From Labilithrix sp. (GTDB taxonomy: Bacteria; Myxococcota_A; Polyangia; Polyangiales; Polyangiaceae): DNA of 32,000 bases. The stretch covers positions 1-32,000 of the forward strand of contig JBGAFW010000082.1 of the NCBI GenBank assembly GCA_044227045.1. Direction: 5' to 3'. A program made the position numbers and the translations under genes. The first letter of the stretch is position 1. Every line of letters begins with the position of its first letter. Of this stretch, positions 24,220-32,000 are shown in pieces. The notes under the pieces are model-generated. The model did no database searches and had not been told where the DNA came from. It saw only the letters and a list, made by a program, of their open reading frames with translations.

Positions 24220-24765
24220 ATGAGCTCCCGGACCACGATCCCGTTCTCGTCGACTGGCCAAGCACTGATCGCGGCGCTCGCCCTCACCGTTGTTGCCTGT
24301 CAGGCCAGCGCGAGCGCGAGCATGTCGGGCGGCAAGACCGAAGCATCCGCGTCGGCGAGCGGCAACGAAAACAGCTCGTCGTTCTCCGAGAACACGACGA
24401 CCTCCGCGCCGCCACCTGCGAACAGCGGCGGCACGTCCTCGCCGCCCGCGCCGCGCCCGGGCTGTCAGCTCGTCTGCACGAACGCACACAGCCGCGTGCG
24501 GCTCGCGCCGGCCGATGAGCAGAAGCTCACCTCCGCGCTCGCGAGCGAGCTCGACACGCTGCAGAAGTGCACGCCGCAGGGCCAGCCTCCGGGGCTCACG
24601 CTCCGCTTCGACAGCACGGGGACGCTCACCCACTTCGGCGTGGACGACGAGCGCCACAGCGCAGACGGTATGTGCGTGGACGGCGTTCGCTCGCACAAGC
24701 CGACGCTCTCGTTTCCAGGGCCATCCACCGTGCGATGCGGTGAGCGCTGCGGCCGAGTGCGCTAA
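24220..24765 (+). CDS. Hypothetical lipoprotein
   Basis: Signal peptide and lipobox (ALIAALALTVVAC), a Ser/Ala/Pro-rich linker, then a C-terminal Cys-containing domain. Confidence 0.65.
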   Translation: MSSRTTIPFSSTGQALIAALALTVVACQASASASMSGGKTEASASASGNENSSSFSENTTTSAPPPANSGGTSSPPAPRPGCQLVCTNAHSRVRLAPADEQKLTSALASELDTLQKCTPQGQPPGLTLRFDSTGTLTHFGVDDERHSADGMCVDGVRSHKPTLSFPGPSTVRCGERCGRVR

Positions 24766-24768
24766 GCT

Positions 24769-25221
24769 TTGGGAGTGAGACGTGTCCTTCGCTGGGGAAC
24801 GTTCGCGAGCCTGTCGGCGGGCGCGTGCGTGCTCGTCGCTTGCCAGCTTGGTGACGACAAGGATCCGCCGAAGTGCGAGAAGGGCTTTCACGTCGTGCTC
24901 GAGTCGTGTCAGCCGGACACGGTCGCGCAGATCCAGGTGACGATCACCGCAGCCGACGGCGGGACGTCGTGCACGGGTGACCCCGCTGCGCAGAGGCCGC
25001 CGACGCTCGAGCCGGAGACCGTGCACGTCAAGGTCGGCGAAGAGTTTCAGTTCACGAACCTCGACACGATCGAGCACGAGATTCGCGGGACTGACGGCAC
25101 GGCGTGGCTCAGCGTCAAGCCAAACGCGCGCTCGGCCTTCACGTCGATCACGAAGACCGGGAGCTTTGGCTACCGCGTGTCGGGTTGCGCGAAGGGCGGC
25201 ACCGTCGCGGTCGATCCTTGA
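24769..25221 (+). CDS. Hypothetical lipoprotein, possibly with a cupredoxin-like fold
   Basis: TTG start 3 nt after the preceding stop. The lipobox is ACVLVAC. VHVKVGEEFQFTNLDTIEHEIRG resembles the beta-strand/His pattern of cupredoxin-like domains; this is a weak inference. Confidence 0.6.
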   Translation: MGVRRVLRWGTFASLSAGACVLVACQLGDDKDPPKCEKGFHVVLESCQPDTVAQIQVTITAADGGTSCTGDPAAQRPPTLEPETVHVKVGEEFQFTNLDTIEHEIRGTDGTAWLSVKPNARSAFTSITKTGSFGYRVSGCAKGGTVAVDP

Positions 25222-25258
25222 TCCGATGGGGGCTTCACCCCCAAACCCCGATCAAGGA
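25215..25258. terminator. Compound inverted repeat at a convergent gene junction (possible bidirectional terminator)
   Basis: TCCTTGATC (25215-25223) and GATCAAGGA (25250-25258) are perfect 9-bp inverted arms that contain the stop codons of both convergent genes. They enclose GGGGG-CTTCA-CCCCC (25228-25242). There is no clear U-tract. Confidence 0.4.
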
Positions 25259-26151
25259 ACGCACGCGCCGTCGTGACAGCTCCAGCCGGCTGGGCACATC
25301 ACGTTTCCGCATCCACACTGCGTGGGGTCCGAGTTGTGGTTCGAGGTTGTACAGGCGCAGCCCGGCTTGAAGAGCCCTCCGCCAACGTCGGCGTTCACGC
25401 AGGCTGGCGCGTTGGCGACGAGGTTCGGGCAGTTGCAGACGCAGGTGCCGCTCGATCCGCAGGTGTCTGTCGCGCTCGGACACGTGGGACAGGCGAAGGC
25501 TTCGCCGCACGCGGCGGTGACGCTTCCGCAGCGCCCCACTTTGCAGACCTCCGACTGGAGCTCACAGCACTTGCCGCTCGCGCTGCAGATCTTGTTGCTC
25601 GCGCACTGGCCTTTGTTGGGCCCGCAGGCGACGACTTGGTTGCAGTTGTTCTGAACGGTGCCGCACTCCCGATCGCCGCACGCCTTGGCGTCATCCGGCA
25701 CGCAGCCGGAGCAATTGCCGACCGCGGGGCAGGGACCGCCATCGCAGCCGCCGCACTCCTTCGTCGTGCCGCAGTTCGTGGGGACGCTGCCGCATCGATT
25801 CTCACAGAGGGTTGGCAACTCGACGCACGTGCACTTGTGCGTCTCTCCGTTGCACGACCGTCCCTCACCGCACGAGGAGCAGTTGCGCGCGAGGCCGCAC
25901 TTGTCCGCGAGGCCAGCGCCGCATTTGTCGTCGCAGAAGGTCGGGTCAGCGCAGGCTGTGCTCCCGCTCGAGGCGCCCGCTTCGCTCACGGGCGCGCTCG
26001 AGACGACCGGCGCGGGATCTTCGCCGACGCATCGCACGAACGCGATCAGCGCTGTCACGGAAGCCACGATGGTGAGCGGCGCCCTCCATCGCTCCGATAG
26101 GGGCTTCACCCCCACACCCCGATCCCGACGCCACGTGTGCGGACGACCCAT
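25252..26151 (-). CDS. Cys-rich secreted protein with repeated CG...C modules
   Basis: The protein has dozens of cysteines (my estimate from reading, not counted exactly) in repeated motifs (KCGLARNCSSCGEG, RCGSVPTNCGTTKECGGC, RECGTVQNNCNQVVACG, RCGSVTAACGEAFACPTC). The N-terminal hydrophobic segment is APLTIVASVTALIAFV. The start is ATG 26151 or, more signal-peptide-like, GTG 26109 (MKPLSERWRAPLTIV...). Confidence 0.75.
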   Translation of the reverse strand: MGRPHTWRRDRGVGVKPLSERWRAPLTIVASVTALIAFVRCVGEDPAPVVSSAPVSEAGASSGSTACADPTFCDDKCGAGLADKCGLARNCSSCGEGRSCNGETHKCTCVELPTLCENRCGSVPTNCGTTKECGGCDGGPCPAVGNCSGCVPDDAKACGDRECGTVQNNCNQVVACGPNKGQCASNKICSASGKCCELQSEVCKVGRCGSVTAACGEAFACPTCPSATDTCGSSGTCVCNCPNLVANAPACVNADVGGGLFKPGCACTTSNHNSDPTQCGCGNVMCPAGWSCHDGACVP

Positions 26152-26257
26152 CCCGCGATCGTAAACGGCGATACCGAAAAAAACAGGACGACCACCTATC
26201 CCAAACGAGGGCCTCGCGCGTGCGACGGCAGGCGACCATCCCGACCTGCATCTCGCT

Positions 26258-27070
26258 ATGATGGCGCCGATGCGAACCTTCCGTGCCGCCACCCTCAACA
26301 TCTGGAGTCGCTTTGGTCCTTGGGAGGAGCGGCTCGTCGCGCTTCGCGCGGGCCTCGAGGCGCTCCTGCCCGACGTGATCGGGATGCAGGAGGTGCTTCG
26401 CTTCGACGGCTTCGATCAGGCGGCGCTCGTGAGCGAGGGGCTCGACTATCACATCGCGTGGGGCCGGGCGTCCGAGAACCACGGGTTCCCGACCGGCAAT
26501 GCGATCCTGTCACGATGGCCGATCACGCGCACGGAGGTCACGCCGCTTCCGACCGGCGGCAGCGACGAAGACCGATCGCTGCTCTTCGCAGAGCTCGACT
26601 CACCCTTCGGCAAGATCCCGTTCTTCACGACGCACCTCAATTGGAAGCTCCATCACGGACACATCCGCTGCCTCCAGGTGAAGGCGATCGCCGAGACGAT
26701 TCTACGCACGGCGCCCGTGGGCGACGGGTTCCCGCCGATCGTCGTCGGCGACTTCAACGCCGAGCCGGAGTCCGACGAGATCCGGTTCATGAAAGGCCTC
26801 ACGGGCCTCGGCGGGCCCTGCGTGTATTTTGCAGATTCCTTTGGCGTCGCCGGAGATGGCTCGCTCGGCTCCACGTTCTCGAAGACCAATCCGTTCGCAG
26901 AGCCCATTCGTGAGCCCGAACGTCGAATCGATTATGTCTTCGTGCGTGGTCCGGACGACGCGCTTCGCGGCGAGCCGCGCGACGCCCGCGTGTGCTTCGA
27001 CAAAGCGCACGACGGCGTATTTCCGACGGATCACTACGGCGTGGTCGCCACGATCACAGCCGGACGCTAA
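26258..27070 (+). CDS. Endonuclease/exonuclease/phosphatase (EEP) family protein
   Basis: ATLNIWS, GMQEV, NAILSRWP, VVGDFNAEP and RIDYVF...PTDHYGV follow the EEP catalytic motif order. Confidence 0.85.
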   Translation: MMAPMRTFRAATLNIWSRFGPWEERLVALRAGLEALLPDVIGMQEVLRFDGFDQAALVSEGLDYHIAWGRASENHGFPTGNAILSRWPITRTEVTPLPTGGSDEDRSLLFAELDSPFGKIPFFTTHLNWKLHHGHIRCLQVKAIAETILRTAPVGDGFPPIVVGDFNAEPESDEIRFMKGLTGLGGPCVYFADSFGVAGDGSLGSTFSKTNPFAEPIREPERRIDYVFVRGPDDALRGEPRDARVCFDKAHDGVFPTDHYGVVATITAGR

Positions 27071-27100
27071 TGCGCTGAAGATAGGTGGTTAGCGTCGCGC

Positions 27101-27676
27101 TCAGTTGCTGACGCAGACGCCGCCGCTGCCGCCGGGGATGCCGCCGCTGCCGCTCGTGCTGCTGCCGGGCAGACCTGCGTCCATTCCGGGGAGGCCGCTC
27201 GATCCGCCAGGGAGGCCGCTCGAGCCACCGGGGAGGCCGCCGCCGCCGAGACCGAGGTCGAGGCAGCAGTGCGTCGTGGGGTTGCACGTGGCGTCGCACG
27301 GGGCCTGCGCTTGAATCTCGGAGGCCTTCTCGATCATCTTCTGGAAGTCACCGGCGAACGAGCAGGCGGGGACGCCGCCGCTTCCGCTCGTGCTACCACC
27401 CGAGCTGCTCGTGCTGCTCGTGCTGCTCGACGACGAGGTGCTGCTCGACGAGGCGGGCGCGCCCGACGATGTCGACGACGAGCCTGACGCCTTTCCACCA
27501 CCTGTCGGTGCCGGGAGCGAGGCGCTCGGCTCTTGGGTCGTTCCGTTGCCGGAGCCGTTGCCGCCGTTGTCCGACGGGATGTCCGTCGAAGAATCGGCGC
27601 ACGCGGTGATGACCGACGTGGCGAGGAGGGCGCTGGCGAGCGTGACGGACGTGAGGAGGAGTGTGGCGGACTTCAT
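27101..27676 (-). CDS. Ser/Gly-rich low-complexity lipoprotein
   Basis: Lipobox LATSVITAC. It has long S/T/G tracts and a 7-aa GLPGGSS repeat encoded by three 21-bp tandem copies (about 27188-27250). Confidence 0.7.
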   Translation of the reverse strand: MKSATLLLTSVTLASALLATSVITACADSSTDIPSDNGGNGSGNGTTQEPSASLPAPTGGGKASGSSSTSSGAPASSSSTSSSSSTSSTSSSGGSTSGSGGVPACSFAGDFQKMIEKASEIQAQAPCDATCNPTTHCCLDLGLGGGGLPGGSSGLPGGSSGLPGMDAGLPGSSTSGSGGIPGGSGGVCVSN

Positions 27677-27789
27677 CGGCAGGCACCGTACGCCTCTGAA
27701 ATCGGGTCGAACAATCTCTTAATAGTCTCGCGACAGACAGTGAAAGACGCAGATCGGAAGCCCCGTGATCGGGTTAGGATGGCGCTCGC

Positions 27790-29787
27790 TTGCAAATGCA
27801 AAGCGGGTTGCGCTCCTTCGGTCGCTCCACCTCACGCGCGAGCGGCGTTTTGGCGCTGTTCTGCGCGCTGGTGTTGAGATCCGGCGATGCCAGCGCACAA
27901 AAGCCGACCTCCAGCACGACCGAGTATTCGCCCTACGAAAAAGAGGCGATCGACATCGCCCTCCAAGATCTGAAATTGGAGATCGACCCCCATCCGCAGG
28001 GAAAACGGGTCGGAAAGATCTGGACGGTGAGGCTCGATGTCCTCGAGCCGCGTGACCCAGGACCCGAGCTGCTGAAGCCGGTGCCGATCGTCTCGCCGGC
28101 GGGCAAGTACGTCACGAAGCCGATGCTCAACTGGATTCACGTCCTGACGAAGCCATACATCATCCGGCGTGAGCTGCTCGTCCGCGAGAACGAGACCTAC
28201 GAGCAGGTGCTCGTCGACGAGACCGCGCGCAACATGCGAAGCCGCATGCCGGTCTCGCTCGTCGTGATCGTGCCTGTGCGTCGCGCCGCGACGAAGGCCC
28301 CACCACCTCCACCACCTCCACCGGCTCCAGCTGCGGACGCGACGGGCGACGAGACGAGCGTCTCCGCCGCGCCTCCCGCCGAGCCGGACCGGCCCGAGCC
28401 GACGGTGGGCGCCGCGACGGAGGCGGACGCGGTCGACCTCCTCGTCATCACGAAGGACATCTGGAGCCTTCGTCTCTCGTTCGACACCGCCGTGACGAAG
28501 GGTGGCCTCGAGAACCTCCTCATCGTCCCGCAGGAGACGAACTTCCTCGGACTGCATCACGTCGCGCAGACGCGCTTTCAATTGCGCCCCGAGACGTATT
28601 CGCTCGGCGTCGGCTACAAGGTCCCGCGCTTTGGGTATTCGTGGATCGGAGCTGCGGCCGCGGCGTCGATCACGATCAACAAACGCGAGAGCTCACCGGA
28701 AGGATCCGCGATATCGATCAGCACCGGACAAAGCCTTTATTCGACGAAGGCGGAGTGGGCCTGGGACGCGGATATTGGATATGCCGTCGGCGTCGCTCGT
28801 CGCTATTCGAACGCGCAGGTCTTTCTCTACGACTCGCGCGCCACCCCGGGTGTTCGCGACAACATCCCTTGGCAATACAAGACGCGATCGCTCGCGGGAT
28901 CGGCGAGCGCCACGCGCTCGTTTGGCTGGGGCTTCAAGAACAACTTCTCGCTCAGCTTCAACGCGTCCACCGGCGACAACGAGACATTCGACTTATCACG
29001 TTATGATCCTCGCGCCGTGGCGGACTTCGTTCGACGAGCGCTCCCGACGAGCGAGTCGCGGGTTTATCCGGCGGTGTCGTGGCACACGTTTCGGACGGAC
29101 TTTCTCCGTACGCTCGACATCAACACGCTCGGCCTCCAAGAGGACTACCGCGTTGGGCACGACATCTCGGCGACGTTTTATCCGGTCTCGAAGGCGCTCG
29201 GATCGACCCGCGACATCATTGGTCTCAGCACCAAATGGGGATATTCGCAGGCCGTCGGCGATGGCCTCGTCGGGGCGAGCTTCTCGACGTTCGCCGAGGT
29301 CTCCGAGGGCGTGATCACGGACGGCGCGGTCGGCGGATCGTTCGGCGCAGTGACGCCGCGCTTCAAGGTCGGTCGCATCGTGATGAACACGTCGATCAAC
29401 AACCGCTATCGCAATTACCTCAACGCGCAGGCATTCCTCGGCGGTGAGGACCGCTTACGTGGTTATCCGACGGCGTTCTTCGTCGGCAAAGACACAGTCC
29501 TCTTCAATATCGAATACCGATCGCGCGCGATCGAGATCCTCAAGGCGCAAATCGGCGGCGTCCTCTTCTACGACACGGGCGACGCCGCGACGGGACTCGA
29601 CAACCTGCATGCGAAGCAGTCGGTCGGCTTCGGTCTTCGCACGCTGTTCCCGCAGGTGAACCGCCTCGTCTTTCGTATCGACTTTGCCTTCCCGCTCAAC
29701 CGCGGTCCGTTCCCCGAGTCGGGCGTGCCGGGGCTCGTCGATCCGTTCGGCTTCTTCTTCACGTTCGACCAGGCCTTCGCGCCGTAG
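27790..29787 (+). CDS. Omp85/BamA-family outer-membrane protein (surface antigen D15 type)
   Basis: Signal peptide ([17 protein letters not shown]). The C-terminal barrel motifs are [39 protein letters not shown] and RIDFAFPL. A Pro-rich insert reads [15 protein letters not shown]. The start is TTG 27790 or ATG 27796. Confidence 0.85.
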   Translation: MQMQSGLRSFGRSTSRASGVLALFCALVLRSGDASAQKPTSSTTEYSPYEKEAIDIALQDLKLEIDPHPQGKRVGKIWTVRLDVLEPRDPGPELLKPVPIVSPAGKYVTKPMLNWIHVLTKPYIIRRELLVRENETYEQVLVDETARNMRSRMPVSLVVIVPVRRAATKAPPPPPPPPAPAADATGDETSVSAAPPAEPDRPEPTVGAATEADAVDLLVITKDIWSLRLSFDTAVTKGGLENLLIVPQETNFLGLHHVAQTRFQLRPETYSLGVGYKVPRFGYSWIGAAAAASITINKRESSPEGSAISISTGQSLYSTKAEWAWDADIGYAVGVARRYSNAQVFLYDSRATPGVRDNIPWQYKTRSLAGSASATRSFGWGFKNNFSLSFNASTGDNETFDLSRYDPRAVADFVRRALPTSESRVYPAVSWHTFRTDFLRTLDINTLGLQEDYRVGHDISATFYPVSKALGSTRDIIGLSTKWGYSQAVGDGLVGASFSTFAEVSEGVITDGAVGGSFGAVTPRFKVGRIVMNTSINNRYRNYLNAQAFLGGEDRLRGYPTAFFVGKDTVLFNIEYRSRAIEILKAQIGGVLFYDTGDAATGLDNLHAKQSVGFGLRTLFPQVNRLVFRIDFAFPLNRGPFPESGVPGLVDPFGFFFTFDQAFAP

Positions 29788-29805
29788 GTTCGAGCGGCTT
29801 AAAGG

Positions 29806-29837
29806 GCAAGGCCCCTCCTTTTTCGGAGAGGCCTTGC
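29806..29837. terminator. Hairpin between convergent genes (candidate bidirectional terminator)
   Basis: GCAAGGCC-C-CTCC-TTTTTC-GGAG-A-GGCCTTGC gives 12 bp in total. The flanking U-tracts are weak in both directions. Confidence 0.45.
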
Positions 29838-29892
29838 TTGCCAATCGACGGTCTGGGAGGCGGCACCCGAGAGGGGCTTCGTCGGGGCCGGA

Positions 29893-32000
29893 TCACACGG
29901 CTGTGTGTGCTCCGTCGTTGGCCGCCGCGGGCTTCGCGTCACCAAGGAGCGCGCCTGCAGCGTTCTTGTCCTCCGTGAGGGGTTCCTTCTCGAGGGCGGC
30001 GTCGATGACTTGGGACATGTCGTCGACGAGGATGACCTCGAGCTCGCTCAGCACCTCCTTCGGCACCTCATCCAGGTCGCGACCACACTTGGTCGGGAGG
30101 ATGACGCGCTTCAGGCCTGCGCGATGCGCGGCGAGCACCTTGGCCTTGATTCCGCCCACCGGGAGGACACGCCCACGGAGGGTGGCTTCGCCTGTCATCG
30201 CGGTGTCGGGGCGAACGCGCCGGCCCGTGAAGAGCGAGACGAGAGCCGTGAAGATCGTGACTCCGGCAGAGGGACCGTCCTTCGGGACGGCGCCAGCAGG
30301 CACGTGGATATGAACGTCTTGGCTTTGAACGCTCGCGGACGAGATCCCGAGGCGTTCGGCGTTGCTGCGCACGTAGGTGAGCGCGGCGCGTGCGGACTCC
30401 TTCATGACGTCACCGAGCTGTCCGGTGATCTCGACGCCGCCTTTGCCGGGCATGCGTGAGGTCTCGATGAACAAGATCGAGCCGCCAAACGGTGTCCATG
30501 CGAGGCCGGTGGCGACGCCCGCGATCGATGTGCGCTCTGCGACCTCGCCATCGAACTTCGGCTTGCCGAGATGCTTGACGAGATCGGGCTCGTCGATGGT
30601 CACGGCGGCGTCCTCGGACTCGGTGGGCTTGCCTCGCGCGACCTCGAGGGCCGCGGCGCGACAGAGCTTCTTGATCTCGCGATCGAGCTGACGAACACCA
30701 GCCTCGCGGGTGTAGTCGCGGACGATGCCGAGCAAGGCCTTGTCCGTGATGTCGAGCTTGCCCTCTTTGATCCCGTGCTCCTTCGTGCGCTTGGCGACGA
30801 GGTGACGGCGGGCGATGTGGACTTTCTCGTCGGAGGTGTAGCCGCTGAGCTCGACGATCTCGAGGCGATCGCGGAGCGGCGCGCTGAGCGTCTCGAGCGT
30901 GTTGGCCGTGCACACGAACATCACCTCGGAGAGATCGAACGGCAGCTCGAGGTAGTGATCGGTGAACGTCTTGTTCTGTTCGGGGTCGAGCACTTCGAGG
31001 AGCGCGGCCTCGGGTGAGCCACCCCAGCCGACGCCCATCTTGTCGACCTCGTCGAGGAGCACGACGGGGTTCTTCACCTTCGCCTTGCGGAGCGCGTGAA
31101 GGATGCGGCCGGGCAGGGCGCCGACGTACGTGCGGCGGTGACCGCGGATCTCGGCTTCGTCACGTACTCCGCCGAGCGCGACGCGAACGAACGGGCGGCC
31201 GGTGGCGTCGGCGATCGACTGGCCGAGCGACGTCTTACCGACGCCGGGCGGCCCGACGAAGCAGAGGAGCGTGCCCTTGGTGTTGCCCGAGAGCTTCAGC
31301 ACGGCGACGTGCTCGAGGATGCGCTTCTTGATGTCCGCGAGGCCGTAGTGATCGGACTCGAGCTGCGCGCTGATCTTGTCGAGATCGATCTCCGACTCGG
31401 AGCGCGCGCTCCACGGCAGGTCGGCGATGAGCTCGAGGTAGTTGCGAATGACATGGGTCTCGGCGCCTTGGCCGCCCATGCTCTCGAGGCGACGAAGCTC
31501 GCGATCGACCACCTTTTGCGCGTCTTCAGGCAGCTTCGCGTCGTCGAGGCGCTTTCGCAGCGACGCGAGATCGTCGTTGTCGCCGTCGCCGAGCTCACGC
31601 TTGATCGCGCGCATGTGCTCGCGAAGGACGGCCTCACGCTGGTTCTTGCCGAGCTCCTTCTTGACCTCGCCTTCGATCTTCGCGCGGACTTCGGCCTTCG
31701 CTTTTCCTTCGCCGATGCGCTTGACGAGCAAGCGAATGCGCTTGGCGACGTTGGGCTCGCCGAGGAGCTCGATCTCTTGCTCGGTCGGAAGATCGAGGAG
31801 AGAGGTGATGCGGTCGGCGAAGTCGCCCGGGTGCTCCGGATCGAGCTCTTCGATCGCCGCGAGCGCGCCGCCAGCGTCGCGAACGAGCTCGGCGACCTCG
31901 ATCGAGAGCGCGCGAGCGAGCTCTTTGGCCTCCGTCGAGTCGGTGTCAGTCTCGGAGAGATGCGCGACCTGGGCCTTGTAGAACGGCTCCGACGCGAGCA
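29893..32000 (-). CDS. lon: ATP-dependent Lon protease (LonA), N-terminus beyond the window end
   Basis: Walker [16 protein letters not shown], catalytic [10 protein letters not shown] and [14 protein letters not shown]. The frame stays open upstream of the ORF-track start 31731 to position 32000 (…[21 protein letters not shown]…), so the gene is 5'-truncated by the window. Confidence 0.95.
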   Translation of the reverse strand, partial: LASEPFYKAQVAHLSETDTDSTEAKELARALSIEVAELVRDAGGALAAIEELDPEHPGDFADRITSLLDLPTEQEIELLGEPNVAKRIRLLVKRIGEGKAKAEVRAKIEGEVKKELGKNQREAVLREHMRAIKRELGDGDNDDLASLRKRLDDAKLPEDAQKVVDRELRRLESMGGQGAETHVIRNYLELIADLPWSARSESEIDLDKISAQLESDHYGLADIKKRILEHVAVLKLSGNTKGTLLCFVGPPGVGKTSLGQSIADATGRPFVRVALGGVRDEAEIRGHRRTYVGALPGRILHALRKAKVKNPVVLLDEVDKMGVGWGGSPEAALLEVLDPEQNKTFTDHYLELPFDLSEVMFVCTANTLETLSAPLRDRLEIVELSGYTSDEKVHIARRHLVAKRTKEHGIKEGKLDITDKALLGIVRDYTREAGVRQLDREIKKLCRAAALEVARGKPTESEDAAVTIDEPDLVKHLGKPKFDGEVAERTSIAGVATGLAWTPFGGSILFIETSRMPGKGGVEITGQLGDVMKESARAALTYVRSNAERLGISSASVQSQDVHIHVPAGAVPKDGPSAGVTIFTALVSLFTGRRVRPDTAMTGEATLRGRVLPVGGIKAKVLAAHRAGLKRVILPTKCGRDLDEVPKEVLSELEVILVDDMSQVIDAALEKEPLTEDKNAAGALLGDAKPAAANDGAHTAV

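Overview
Very GC-rich, gene-dense chromosomal segment, probably from a myxobacterium of the Polyangia/Sorangiineae type. Supporting signs are a MYXO-CTERM-like sorting tag, myxobacterial Cys-rich repeats and many lipobox lipoproteins. I call 23 protein genes. The recognisable ones are a matrixin-like Zn protease coupled to two Cys-rich lipoprotein paralogues, a DUF899 protein, a PEP-utilising-type lipoprotein, a CheY-like response regulator, an extradiol dioxygenase, two divergent CapA-family lipoproteins, a benzoate-CoA-ligase-family enzyme coupled to an alpha/beta hydrolase, a membrane pyrophosphatase, an EEP-family protein, an Omp85-family protein and Lon protease (runs off the right edge). 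The unusual content is non-coding and lies between about 4.5 and 14.2 kb. (1) A ~2.4-kb ORF-free, lower-GC segment (about 11.4-13.9 kb) is purine-rich on the minus strand, carries multiple GNRA (mostly GCAA) tetraloop hairpins and ends in a textbook intrinsic terminator; this is my best candidate for an undescribed large structured RNA. (2) A ~1.3-kb mosaic array of ~125-bp units is built around a 20-bp palindrome (4565-5880). (3) A ~600-bp tandem array of a 45-bp self-complementary unit lies at 9322-9926. (4) Two perfect tandem DnaA boxes, two more DnaA-like boxes and a sharply AT-rich iteron-like tract lie at 13.87-14.25 kb. No rRNA, tRNA, CRISPR-cas, transposase or integrase was recognised. 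All calls come from reading the sequence and the ORF track; no database search was possible.
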